A program made the translations under genes and the position numbers. DNA of 61,822 bases, the filler included, from Sluysia triapertura (lineage: Eukaryota), in the NCBI GenBank assembly GCA_046118255.1. It is 5 parts of 5 records of this genome, joined end to end, with 100 filler letters (N's around TTAATTAATTAA, not from the genome) between each part and the next. Parts side by side here need not be neighbours in the genome. Positions count along the whole stretch, not along the records: positions 37,080 to 49,548 come from JBJNIA010105763.1; positions 49,649 to 61,822 come from JBJNIA010131848.1; 3 more parts are not named here. One strand, 5' to 3'. The notes under the pieces are model-generated. The model was not told the origin of the DNA. It saw only the letters and a program-made list of their open reading frames with translations, and did not search any database. Below are positions 37,755-51,329 of this stretch, piece by piece (the stretch's first letter is position 1; each line of letters begins with the position of its first letter).

Positions 37755-40090
37755 AGTCATCATCGTTTGGACATAGTGTTCATCATATACCTAAAGCATG
37801 GCCAAAAGATTATAGGCTCAATATCACTGATGATTACCATTACTATTGAGTTTAAAATATAATAGACCAAATTTAGTATTTTTTACTTACAAACTTAATA
37901 AATTTATTGTTTGAGACATTATTGTTGTAGTTGATTTATTAATATCTTTTGTAAGTCGATTTATTTTACGAAACTACATTCTTTGCGATTGTAAAAAATT
38001 TCCATTGGGTAATTTTGAAGTTTAATTTATGTTGAGAAAATTTATATTGGGTTAAGGTTTTATTTTTTTAAGTGGAAGTAGTTCGATTGAGGATGGTGGG
38101 TATATGGAAGTGTAGACGATGCAGTACTGTTCAGGTTGCGGTGCAGAGATAAGCGTGATTGTTTAGAAAGAATGAGGTTTGAGGTTGGTGCTTTGTCATA
38201 TTGTAAGTTCAGAGAAAGATCAATATGGCTGTCGCAATAATCCATGATATTCAATTTTATATTAATACACTTAATTTTGTGTTATACATTGATAGTGTTA
38301 CTCGATTTTATTAAGATAAGGTTGAATTTATTGACAACTTTATTGTGTATTTTGGTTGGAATAACGCTACACAAACTCAATTTTATATTGCATCTAATTT
38401 AATATAAAAATTTATACAAAAGTTATACTTACAATTATTACGTATTATTAAACAAAACCATTATTTATTTTTACTTCGGGGATAATCTACAAGACTAATA
38501 AAACTTCGAAATATAGTAATAATAATAAAATTTAATACATGAAAAATTAACGCATTTAGGATTCTCAGCAGATTTTCCATGTTCACCATGCATACTCTTC
38601 ATTTAGTTCGATAGACACTTCGTGGTGATATTTTGGTTTTGTACTCTGAAGGTAATTATCTCGTCTACTTGATCATCACAATAACCGTTTCGTTCTTCAT
38701 CTTGTACTTTTACCGAATTAGTATTGCAAGCACCGTTTGCATCTTGTTCTTTTATAGACTATATTATCATCACATGTATCTAATTTACATTCATGTATAT
38801 TGTTACTTGTTATCATCCTCATTTGTATCTCTAGACTTCTTCAATTTTACGCCACTATTTCCATTTTCTCCATTTTTATGTATTTTAGTAAAGTTCTGGC
38901 AGCCATCTTTTTAAGGTATCTCGTAACTAAAATATTCGCAAATTTTTCTATATTTTTTATTGTCTGAATTTGAAGTTAATGTTGTAATAGTAACGGGTGA
39001 TATTTGACTTAAACAAAGTATTGGTTTCGATATATAATTCATTGATTCTTTAGGAATAATCAAACAATAATATATAATAATAGAATCAGGTGATCTTTGA
39101 CTTAGACGTAAAGTATGTGTGCATTGCATACCTTGTGGGTCCATTGGACCCATAAAATACAAAGTAATGTTTTTCAATAAACCAATTTCAAAGTCAGGAA
39201 GTAACATATTAATAGAAAATAACTAGTGAAATCTTCACTCGGGTCCCATGGTGGGTAGAAAGTTAAGTAAAAAATGATATGCAACACAATCTGCATACGT
39301 CAAAATTTTTGTAGAAGTAATATTATTAATTGAGGATTTTGAGGATCTATTAGATTTATCAGAAATAATAAATTATTAGCATCATGTAGCTCAGGCTATT
39401 TCAAAATTTTTTATTATCTTTTGTATAATTTTTGAGTCTGCAAATAAGAAAATAAAATTTAAAGTTTGTAATTTTATTTCTTTAGGTTTGTTGCTTTCAG
39501 GATTTGAGTAAGAGTTGTCTGTTTTTCCATAAAAGCATGATAATGAATATGATATCGGTATTACGGATTTGATGATGACGTTGAATGTGCTTTATTATTT
39601 GATGATGAAAGGTGTAAATAATCACGAAATAATTAATTTAACTTGCATCATTTTAAAACTATCAACAGATAATAATAATAATAATACAAAATATATTAGA
39701 TAATAGTAATAATAATAGAGGCTACGATAATAAGGATAAAGTAACAAAAATAATAACATAACGCTGGCAACAATAATATACTAACCGATGACAAAGATAA
39801 TATCAAAATTGTATTGTTTGTAATTTGCATTGATGTATGTGATTGGTGCAATTAACTGTGTTTTAATGTTATGAAAATTGTTGGTTTTGATTGTGTTTAA
39901 ATTGGATGATTTAGTTTTCGAACCAGAATATCAAATAACTCATTAATATATCCTAATGAACTTATTGATAGAAATAATTGATACAGATGAAAGAAGAGTT
40001 ATGATGCAGAGGTGAAAAAATCAGGTTTTGTGTAGATGATAGAAAATTCAGTGTGGTTACTTAAAAGATACGTTTCCATTACGTCGAATT
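37755..40090 (-). mobile_element. Highly decayed CR1/L2-like LINE ORF2, interrupted by later insertions
   Basis: Ordered minus-strand remnants resembling APE and RT motifs: IIYTKP (IYRPP), QLIAPIT..DIIFV (QLI..PTR..DLIF), NLNPI*IFST*IKT (NYRPISIL), FRKINR (GFRK.RS), LKLNSNG. Confidence 0.55.
38570..38910 (-). mobile_element. Second LINE 5' end / APE endonuclease fragment
   Basis: Begins with YY1-like AAGATGGCTGCC. Remnants HECKLD, AILIR and SVYRT resemble APE motifs. Confidence 0.45.
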
Positions 40091-43052
40091 GACGAAATGT
40101 CAAATAAACTTAATAATTCTAGAGATATTATTATTATTATTATTATTATTTTGGAATCGTGTAATAATCGATTTTATGCAGGATTTATAAAATATCCTAT
40201 AAAAATTTATTCCAAAAAGGTAACCATTGATAAAACAAAAATGCACAAACTGACACTGATTCAAGAGTAGCATTTACATATTTTTTGCGTAATAAACTGT
40301 GCATGCTTATGTGCAAAGTATAACACAAAAAGTTAGGATTAGCAAGTGTAGCAATATTAAATTATGAAGGAAAAGAAGTATTTCTCATTAAAACTGTATT
40401 CAGAAATTATGTAACAAATTATATTACAAGAATTACGAATTTAGAGAAAACGATTTAATTAATCAAATAATCTATTGTTACATAAGTAGGATTATTATTG
40501 AAAGGAAAAATATTGCTGGACACTGACTTAATAATGATCTAATAGTTCTAGAAATGTGGCATGTATGATAAGTATAAGAATAACAAAATTAATTGCAAAA
40601 TAATAAGTTTAATGTGAACTTCTCCTTTCTTTGAATATTTTAAAGTCGAAGAATACGAAACATTTATGCTAGCATAAATAAATAATAGATGTTTTCGTGC
40701 TACCACGTTGAGAAGGAAGGAGTTGATATGAATACTAATATTTCTCTTGTAAAGAAGATGACTGTGTTTCAGATGCGTCCATTGCATATTTTGGAATTTA
40801 CGTGCTACATTAATACCGATAAAATATCGTGTTATCACGTGAATTACTCTATCTCTTTCTTAATTTTGAATTTTTAAGCTTTTTCTTTGAAATCTACTAA
40901 GAATTTAATTTGGTTTATTAAATTTTTTAAAGTTATAATTATTTGTGCAATACTTTCACTATTAAATCGAAGTTTTTATGCTAAAATAATTAATACTTCA
41001 CAAAATAAAACTAATTGTTGCACCTAACTGCTATATAATAACTTTTAGAAATTGTTACCGTGCCTTTAGTCACGTTAAAGTAGTAATGGAGGGTCCATTA
41101 TAAATTTTAATTTGATATCAGCGGGTTAATTCTTATGGGTGTGTTAAGTTTTTAAAAGCAATGCAAAGTTTTTGAGTAATGCAAACAATTGAATGTATAT
41201 CGTAATAAATATAAGAAATAATTTATTGGTATTTTGTATTCTTAAATTTGATTTGACAATAAAGAGTCTGAATAATAATAATAATAAATATGTATGTAAG
41301 AAAAGAAGATTACAGTCAGAAAATTTATGTTGTGGTTAATATAAAAATATTGGGTAAAATCTATAAGAAAAATTGGCGAATAAGGTGGAATTAAATTTAA
41401 AAATTGATTATAGAATACATAGATTGCACACGAATATATTTAATTTGGAAGATTAATTTTGGTGAATATCCTTAATCAAGCTTTTAAGACAAAAGAAGTG
41501 TCGAATTATTTATCATTATTTTAATAAATCTTTGTTAGAAAATTTCACGTGATTTATTGAGATAAATATTGTTCGTGTTGGTTACAGAATTAAAATAGTT
41601 TAGAATAAGAGTTATTACTCATAAATATTGCGAGATTAAATTAAGAAAAGATGAACAGTTTACAGTTTTGATTACAAGATCTTAAAACATTATTCGAATT
41701 GTTTAATCAAGGTTATTCGAATATAAAGAATTACAATATTATAAATAAATAAATTAATCACTTACAAAATGCCTTTATAATTACTCGCCTTTTGCTGGTC
41801 CGTCTATAAAGTGAACCTTTGTACACTATCGAAGGACTTTTATTTAATGTTTGTGATGTACAGATGTACGCCTTGTCCAGTTTAGTCGGATGGTAAAACC
41901 AATCAAATTGTTTCCTTTTTTATTTAATAAATGTGATTCTAATTGTTTGCGATAATTTATGTTAATTGTTGTGTCTATTCAAAATTATCTTAATATATTT
42001 CAAATATCGTATGAGCTTCATCATTAGTTAAATCCAACATATTTATGTAACCTGAAAATTCTTTACAATGATTTATCAATTTATTTTGTCACAATTTTAA
42101 GTGGTTATAATTACACTGCGTACTACCAGAAACTAATATTTCTTCATAAAAAGAAAAGTAACACGGATACAAAACCATATAACATGCTTTATATGGTCGA
42201 ATAGTTTAAATTCAGAATTTTCTTAAATGTTGTGCAGTTTATGCGTTTGTAAAACGTTATGAAATCGTATTTAATTTTAATCAGTAAATTCCAAAAGTTA
42301 TGTTTATTTAATAATTTATTATTTCCCAACGATTAACAGTAATCATTTTGCTTTATTTTTCAATAATTTGTATTCACTTTCTCTTCCATTTGGAAAAAAT
42401 AGATGCACCCATACATATCCTAAGATGCACTTGAGGAATGTTGTGATAGATCAATATTATCTTGTTTGCGCTCCTATTTTTAAATCTTAATTTTATGTTT
42501 AGTTTTGTTTCATGCTTATACTCAAACGTTTTACGTTTTTGTTAAAATTTCGGATTTTAAATAATTTGAATCCGGCTTAAGGCCTGGACTCAATTAACCC
42601 TTTGAATTAAAAACACAAATAAAAAGTACGGATCTAACGAGATTCTGTAACAATAAACAGTGAGTAATTGACATTGTCTTTTCAAGATGCTTTATAACAT
42701 ATTAAAAATATTCGAAATATTATATATTTCAGTTACAAAATGTAGGATTTTTTTCTACGAAAGTCAAATATTTTTTGTATATGCATTCCATTAACAATAA
42801 TAACTTTCGGCTTCTTAAAATAATACCTTTTCGGAATTGATTAATTTATAAAAATTCTCGAAATACGTTTTTTTTTAATACAGTGCTGATTTTTATAAAT
42901 AAATTTTTGTCCAATGGCGTGATATCGTACGATATTATATTGCTTATTAAAATACCATTATTACTATTATTGTTTAACTTATTATTATTATTATTATTAT
43001 TATTTAATTATTAATATAAAGAACCAGTGATTTAATTGTTATTTTCAACTAG

Positions 43053-43285
43053 ACTCGAAGGATGGTTTGTACTGGAGTGTCGGAGTCGATGGACAAGTGA
43101 AGTTGGAACGGATCACCTCTGGTACCAGTCCTGGTCGAAGTCAGAAGTTTGCAATTCAATTCCTAACAGGTACCCATTGTACTCTCACTTCAGAAGCAAC
43201 CGGTAAATTGGTACGTGGAGAACAAAATGGCATTATGAAAGCAGATGGAGAAGATATTGAAAAGAGTAGTATGTGGGAATTCTAA
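43053..43285 (+). CDS. FSCN: Fascin (actin-bundling protein), last exon
   Basis: Acceptor ttttcaactag; SKDGLYWSVGVDGQV...KFAIQFL...GKLVRGEQNGIMKADG...SMWEF*. The fourth beta-trefoil G.Y/L.GEQNG..ADG and terminal WEF are typical of fascins. Confidence 0.88.
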
Positions 43286-43729
43286 ACCTACCACAGCGGC
43301 AGTATCATGCTGACCACATTATTGTATTTTTTTGTTAAACTTTAAAATTAAATGTTTAAGTTTTTTAAATTTGATTATTTAACCACTAATTTATTTTTTA
43401 TTGTGTTTTCTTTATGGGTGTGGCTATTATTTGGGTGGGTTTTTTTAGCATTCTTCATGCAAATATTTGTCTGGTTTTATCGATTTATAAATGATGCAGA
43501 TAATTGTCGTGTTGCTAGTTAACATATATCAGTTAAAATTAAATGTAATGATCTAATAATCATTATTGATTTTCCTTGAGTGCCCTATAAATTTGATAAG
43601 TATCGATAAACGTAAATTATGTAAAATCTACAAATAGAATTTTTCCACTTAAATTACATTTATTACCAGATGCACCTATAAATGTCGTAATCTTTGCATT
43701 ATTACACTGAAATTGGTCGTCATTAGCTT

Positions 43730-44600
43730 GTAATAAGGTGTTTTGAAAAAGTTCTTCAATCATACCGAAATAAGTAATAACAAGCAAAACTAGACTATTT
43801 CTAATAGTAAAGCTGCAGCCAGTGGATCATGTCTTTGTTAATTAATATTGTTCGTCTGGTAGAAATGCAAGTTGAAAATCGGTATAAATAACAACTGGAG
43901 GTGATACTGATTTACTATGATCATTAATTCATATTTATCAATTGGCATACGAGACAAAGTATCTCCTTCAAGATTTTTACTACATATCTTAGTATGATTA
44001 TTAAATGAGATATCATTTTAAACACGTACACCTTATTCTTTAATTGTTCTCTATGCATACATTAAGAAATTTATTTTATTTTTTCTACAATATATGGTTT
44101 ATCATCAATAAGTTTATTTTTCTCATTAAAGAACAAATTAATGTTAGTCATGCTAAATTACTAAATTATATTCTGTTCCTTGTTTATTGAAATTTTGCAA
44201 AAATTATAAGTGAACTGGACTAGTGCAACTTCCAATTTGACAAATAATTCTAATGGAATTATTGTTTAATATCGTCCTCCAGTTATGATATTTTCTTAAA
44301 ATTTTGTTCAACCTCATATTTTTTTTATTAATTCTGCTTTTCTTTATTTTTTAAGAAATTTAGAAAATTTTCGCTTTCCTCTTTTTTCTGGATCATATTC
44401 TTCCTTTCATTGAAGTCATCATCATCCAATTCTTGTAATACTTTGTCTTCCTCTTCTGTTAACATTCTTAGTCTTTCATATCTATTATGTCCTAAATTCT
44501 TATCGTATTTGTCCTTCATTGTCATGCCTATCAATAATTATTTATTTGTCACTTACTGTTTTGGTTAGTGTTCTTATTGATTCTTACTTTTGGTAACCCT
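43730..44600 (-). mobile_element. Decayed LINE ORF1/endonuclease fragment
   Basis: Charged ORF 44328-44534 with NRYERL (ORF1-like NRF..L), followed by APE-like remnants VNQY and VVIYTDF. Confidence 0.4.
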
Positions 44601-44627
44601 GCATTTTAGTTAATTCTTCGATAAAAG

Positions 44628-44767
44628 TGTTGGGATAGAGGCTTAAAGTGCCATTTAATATAATTGACTATAATAATCTAAAATTGTTAGACAGATAAGA
44701 GTATCGAACTGCGCAGCGAAAGGGCCCGGGTTAGACTCCCGGTCAGTCCATTTTATGAAGTCTAACA
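44628..44767 (+). mobile_element. tRNA-containing TGTT...AACA mini-element, copy 1 (A-box deleted)
   Basis: TGTTGGG...TGTTAGAC-[AGAGTATCGAACTGCGCAGCGAAAGGGCCCGGGTTAGACTCCCGGTCAGTCCA]-TTTT...GTCTAACA. Confidence 0.8.
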
Positions 44768-45625
44768 AGTATTTTAATTTCTTACAATTTCATGCCTAAT
44801 ATCTTTTACGTGATACTTTTTCTCCTGTGTTTGCCTGATTTTTATGATTATTACCTTCGCTATAATTACTATAATTATTCGGCATATTTGGACTTTTAAA
44901 ACTGTTATTTTAGTTATTTAGCCATCTAGGTGAAGGTCGCTGATAGTAGTTTTTGAATCAACGTTGTTTTGATAGCCTGTTTCGAATTCTCTGGTATTTT
45001 CTCTTCTAGGATTATAGTAATTGTTTCGACAAAATTATTTATACCTCTTTCAAAAAATGTTATTATCTACTGAATTTCTCTAGTTATAATTAGGAAATTC
45101 ATTTCTTAAATCGTATCCTAGACTTCTGCCTCTTAAAACTATCACTAACTTTTATTCGTCCGGAGATCTCTCCATGTCCATTAATTTCGTAACTATTTCA
45201 TTAAATCACTCACTTCAATTATTAATTCGGGACGTAATCCACTCTTAATGATACATTTTTTATTTTCAGGGATTTTTACTCTCGTCACTAAATTCATATA
45301 ATGATTCAAGTGGTTTTCATTTTCTAATACTTAATGCTTGAAGCGCCGTTTAGTATTAACGGTGGTAAAAACAAAAAGTTTATCCATTTATTAAATTGTC
45401 TGAAATTTTGATAAAAAATGATGTGCTGTTTAGGAGTTACTTCATTTTATGTATAAAAATGCATGAGCATGTAAAGTTTCCTTTAAAATCCTGTGCTTTA
45501 AATATTAACATTTTCGCATAATACTTTCCAATATCATCCAATATTTCCCTTTATGTTTATCTTAATTTTTCTTTCTTGTATTCAAACAAGAAGTCACAGA
45601 GCTCTTAGACTCTTATGCATCTCTG

Positions 45626-45755
45626 TGTTGGGGTAAAAAGGCCTAAAGTGCCATTTGGTATAATTGAATATAATAATATAAAATTGTTAGACGGGGCTGA
45701 TAGCTCAGTGGTTCCGGGTTCGATCCCCGGTCAGTCCATTTTGTGAAGTCTAACA
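45626..45755 (+). mobile_element. tRNA-containing TGTT...AACA mini-element, copy 2 (anticodon arm deleted)
   Basis: 4-bp TSD TCTG on both sides, A-box TAGCTCAGTGG, B-box GGTTCGATCCC, acceptor stem GGGCTGA/TCAGTCC, then TTTT. Confidence 0.85.
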
Positions 45756-46299
45756 TCTGGAAGTATTATAGTAAATTTCATATCACGCTCAAATTGTATC
45801 TCAATTTCTAAATTTGTTAATGAGTGTGGCCATTTTATTATTTTTTAATGAGTTATGGCCGGTTCTTTCCATAAGAATTTTCATTATTATCCTTTATTAA
45901 AACTTAACTGTTCCAATAATATAGTCGAACTAAGTCTCATTAAATTTATATATATTTATGCAAACTTATATAATTACATAAACTTACGGGTCCATTACTT
46001 AAAACTTAAAATGTAATAAAAAGTTTAGTTACTATATTGTATAAAATTAGAGTTTGATGTAAAAACTTATTTAAAAGAATATTACTTCTGCATGGCGAAT
46101 CTTGTTCGGTATGAATTCTAAATCTTTTTTCGTGTTAACGAATTCTCCAAAGATATTGATATTCTTTTTATTATCTCTGTGTAGTTAGTTCAATTTTTGC
46201 TCTATAAATACTTTATTTTTGGTTCTTCATACTGGATAATTTATAAATTGATTCTTTTAAAAAATAATCTAAAATTGTTTTCATTAAAAGAAATTCTTT

Positions 46300-47560
46300 C
46301 AATCTTTTTATAATAAAAATAATATTTAAAATTGTTAATAATAACTATAATTGTTGTAAATAATAATATCAGGATATTTTTAATTTGTAAATAATAAAAA
46401 TAAGTATATTTTCATATCTGTAAATAAATTATTTAATTAATAAAATTAAAAGTGTAAATATAGTTTTGTAAATAATTAATTTCTGTAAAATAATAAAATT
46501 AAAATTTTTAAATCATTTAATTGTAAAAACGGAAATATTCAAAGAATTATTTATATTTAGTTTTATAAACAATATATTATATCAACGGATATTTAAATAA
46601 ATTAATATTTAAAATCTAAACGGAAATTTAATATTATTCATCAATCAATCATTAACGTAGGAATTTGAAAAAGGTATAAAAGGCTTAATTTAATTTAATA
46701 AATTCACAGGATTAAAGAAAGATTTTTAAGAATTCATTTTTGAACGTTTAATTAGAAGTGCTCAATTTCAATATTTTGATTTTTCGTGGAACGATCAAAT
46801 CGGTTTATTAACACAATATTTGGTTTTCTAAAATTAGCGATTTGGAAATTCATAATTAACAGCCAGCTTTTTCTGTATTATCGGAGATTACGTAAGCTTT
46901 TATTGTTAAGTTTTCGACCCGGTTTGTACGGTCTTAAATTCCTACTTAAATTCATTATAATATTTTTAGTGAAACCCAAAGGTAACCTCTGGGTTAAAAT
47001 CTTACAGTAAATTTTAAAATTATATTTTTATTACATTTCAATTTGTATCTGCTTATAATATTATAAATTATATTGTCATTTGAATTTTTATATTTTTTAA
47101 CGTTTAAAAAACAATTACATTTTGATAATAAAAATTCCCATACGTTTTGTTTTTTGTTTTATTTTAAAAATATAGATAGTTAGGATTAATAAAATCTTGA
47201 AGAATCAACAAGGAAAAAGTAAGAAATAAATTGAAAGTATAAAGATTTTGAAATATAGTTATAAAATAAAATTTTTTCAGTTGAAAATATATTAAGAGAA
47301 CAGTGAGTACACTTTAGGAGATAAATTAAAAGATTAGGAAGATAAAGAGCATAGTTATTAAATAAGATAACTATCAATCTTATACGCATAAAAAAAATTT
47401 TCTGACCTTCAGTTTTTTGACAACTTTAAATCCTACGTAAGCGTCCTTCTAGGTAAGATAAATCGTTTAACGTAGGCGGACCCAGCTTATTAAATTTCTT
47501 TTTATAATTGTTTGAGTAGATAGAAACCGAACAAAATGGTTGAGTTACGTAATTTTAATA
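46300..47560 (-). repeat. ~1.3-kb dispersed element, copy A (motif copy 4 at 47428-47486; hairpin at 46973-46995)
   Basis: Collinear similarity blocks with 58500-59800: ACCCAAAG.TAACCTCTGGGTTAAA, TAATAAAA.TTCC, the motif, and ATAATTGTTT...AAACCGAACA. Boundaries approximate. Confidence 0.7.
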
Positions 47561-49548
47561 AAATTTACTAAAAAGACGTTTAGTAGTTTTGGTAACATTA
47601 CAAGTTTTCAATTAAATAATCTGATGGACCTTAAGTCCATTTTGAATTTACCTTTCGTATTCACATAAATATCAAAAAATAAGAAGCAAAAAATATTATT
47701 ATTACAAGAGTATTTGTAAATCTAGTAATTGTTAGAGAATTATCTTGAAATTCATCGTGAAAACTACATTCAAGGACTTATTCATCACACCTAACCTTAT
47801 TCGGCATACTAAAGCAACTTCACAATCAAGCTTCTACTTTAATCAAACATGTGATCATTTACTTACTGGAGATTTTTTTAATTATAATGATTAACAACAA
47901 TTTGTAAGCTTATTTCTATTTAGAATTTGCATAGATAAATTTACATCAAAATCTTACTCAACTTTATTTTCAAATTAAATCCAAGCATTCGCCTGGATCA
48001 AAATCCATATTAAAATTTATATTATAAATTTGTAATATTTTTAATATTTTATATTGTCGATTGTTGAATATATATTTCGTTATTTTAAATTAGTTTCTCG
48101 AAAGGATAAATTGTTGTTAAATCAACTAAAGGAAACAGACTAGTATTTCAAATAATTAAATTTAAAGAATTACATATTTACTTAGATATTGATCCTTATA
48201 AGGAATGTTTTTAATTTTCTAAACTTTTAATTAAAACAACATAGAAGTTTTAATTCTAGATTGATTTAAATAAAGAAAACAATTTTGTAAACTATTAATT
48301 CTTGAATAAAGTGGAAATTTAATTTATAAAAAGAAGTAAAACTGATAAATAATTGCTATATTGACTCTCGTTTAATTACTCGAAAGGTTAAGCTATTTTT
48401 TCGCAGAATTGACATTACGTCTTTTTCGTATGATAAATCGTATTACGCATATCGCATTAATATTATAATTGTTCTAAACTTAACAAAAGTAGAACAGTAC
48501 TATTGCTATTATATTAAATCACCAATTAATTATTTTTGTCATCAGCATCATTTAATTTGTACATACCATCTGTCATTACTGATAGTTATTTAATCGAAAC
48601 ATTTTTAAGCACAGTGTAATTGTACATCCAATCAGTTCTCTATTGCCAAATACTATTATTCTCTTGGTTTGATGCCCAATAGTTCTTAATACACAGTTGG
48701 TATGCAAAAAATTCAGTAGCGAGTTACTAATAAAACAAACATTAAAAAACCAAGAACGAAAAGTTATAATTTAGTTGAACAATTTTAATTAATACTCCGT
48801 AATGTACAGTTATATCATAATTATCAATGAATTTGATATAGATATATCACTTAGTTTTTCATTAGGTATGCCATTCTTATGTGTTGGTGTAAGTCCCAGT
48901 ACTTGACTTTGATAAAAAAGAAAATATTAAAATTGGTTATGCCTCCTATTATGTTTATGTCAAGCAATTAAAAGGTGACTAATTTGAAGATGAACATAGT
49001 GTATTGCAATACATTAAATACCAGAATAATGAATAATAAAGAATTAGTTTTATTATTGGTGTCTCATGAATTATATTTACGACTACCGGAAGTTACAAAC
49101 CTTTCGAATTTTGAAATACAAAACATCAATAAAAAATTTTGATAGAACGATTTTTTACATCTCAGTTTAAGTAGTTTCGTTTGAATAATGATTGTTCCTT
49201 TTATTATAACATGAAAAATAAAAATAAGTGTTCACAGATTAAGTATGCCAGTAGGTGATCAAGTTATAGAAATTTCTATTAATATACGTTCAGCTCTCTA
49301 CAAATTATTTAGTACATGTTGACTCATGTGTCATGACAAATAAAGTACATTAACACTGAAGGGCATGTCCAAAATAAAATCAATAACTGTGTTGGGATTA
49401 GTAAAGAATAAGGGTTGATAGAAGGGTCAAAACCTAGGACAGCAGTGTCAGTGGAACGTTATTAAAAAATTAAGTTGAGGCATTATGATGAATTGAAATA
49501 GCAAGATAACTATAGGGAATATTTTAATCAAGGTAAAATAATGAGAGA

Positions 49549-49648
49549 NNNNNNNNNNNNNNNNNNNNNNNNNNNNNNNNNNNNNNNNNNNNTTAATTAA
49601 TTAANNNNNNNNNNNNNNNNNNNNNNNNNNNNNNNNNNNNNNNNNNNN
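49549..49648. other. Artificial contig-joining spacer
   Basis: 44N + TTAATTAATTAA + 44N. Confidence 0.97.
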
Positions 49649-50609
49649 AATGTATATCTGTAAAACAATTTTTAATAATATCAAAACTAAATTTCCAAAA
49701 CGATGAAAAAAATTTCACAGTAACAAAGAAAGTAGTAATATTTTCAAATGAGGTATATACTGAAACAGTGCATCATTATATTACTAAAGATGGAAATGGA
49801 TTCGAAGGTATTTTAAAATGGATAAATTAGATTTCAGGTTTCTGTTAAAATTGAGTCACAGTGATGATTGTAATAGTTTTTGGAATGATATGGAACATAT
49901 GAATAAATATATAAATAGAATTATATCATATCAATTTTACTTTTCTGAAAAATGAATTTGTGAATAATGTAGATAGTGATAAGGAGATTTGGAAAGCAAA
50001 AAATTAATGTCATAGGTTTCGATAACAAAGTTTCAGAAGCAAATTCAAAGGGTGATGTAATTCATGCCGATAGAAAGAAAAAAGTGATCGCTTATTACTT
50101 TATAATGATTAACCCGTTGCATGACGTTCTATCCATCCTAAAAGATGTGGAACATCGTTTTTCAAAATGCACAATCCCAAGTTATATTTTATATTTACGA
50201 TACGATGTTATGTTTTTAATTTCAATATATATAAAGTTTTGAAGTGTTGCTAATCTTTTAAAATGGTTTAGTAATGGATTTTTGATAATGCTTAATAATA
50301 AGAATTTAATAGAGTTTCGTAAAAATAAGTTAATTAAGTATTTTGATAATATAACGATTTCACAATTAAGTATTCGTAAGAACCTTAAGTTCAGTTAGAA
50401 TTTCAATTTCACTTTTGAATTTTTGGTAAGCCTAAACATATTCCGGCCATCGTACAGGGTTATTATGTGAATAAAGATAGTCATTTATCAGTTATTTTAA
50501 TATTTGAAACTTTTAACAAATAATAAAAATATAATAATACAATTGATTAATATTGTTAATAATTCGTAACTGCCCTTAAAATAAATTTACAAAATGGCTA
50601 TTAGTATAT

Positions 50610-50710
50610 TGTTGGGATTGTCCAACTGTGGATTAGGAGATGAGTAAGAGACATAGAACCACAAAATAAAGGAAGAGTTCATACGAAGTGATAAATTGAA
50701 ATTGTGTTTG
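50610..50710 (+). repeat. TGTTGGGATT repeat family copy (3' boundary undetermined)
   Basis: Aligns with the 36875 and 61626 copies; preceded by ATAT like the 26611 copy. Confidence 0.75.
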
Positions 50711-51329
50711 ATTGTGAAACTCAGGATTGACTGGATGGTGAGAAAGTGTAAAATGGAAAACTTAAAAATTTTAAAAACACAATCACACAGTCAGCTAACG
50801 GTTTTTAATACTATGGAGATCCACAATTATGATAATTTTTTTTGGGGTGGCAGATTTTTATTCAGCTTTGTTAATATTGATATAATTTGGTATTTTTATT
50901 GGATTTTGGGAGACTCCCTGCCCAATTTATCTTATTTTTTGTGTATATTGAGTTAGAATAGAATAGAATTATTGGAATGTATGTAAATATTATTTCATAT
51001 ATTATTATTTTATAAGTATTATTATTTCAAATTTTAATTTTTGTTGCATCACCCTAAACTTATTTTGGAAAATTATTGTATGTTTAACATTGTTACAAAA
51101 GTTGTCGGTTTTCTTTTAATTTTAATCATTATTAGACAATTCACTCATATTATTGTTAAAGCAGAGATTTACTATAGTAAATCGTATTTGATTTGGTAAT
51201 TATTACAAGATTGAGTTTTGTTATTGATTTGAATTGAGAAACATAACTTATGTTGGGGTGAATAAATGCCATCATTAATTTAGTGAGTATTGAAAATATT
51301 AAGATTCCGTTTAAGTAAATTAAACTTAT

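Noticed and set aside
45694-45738. Functional tRNA gene
   Set aside because: The anticodon arm is deleted in this copy and the A-box in the other, and both are embedded in a repeat.
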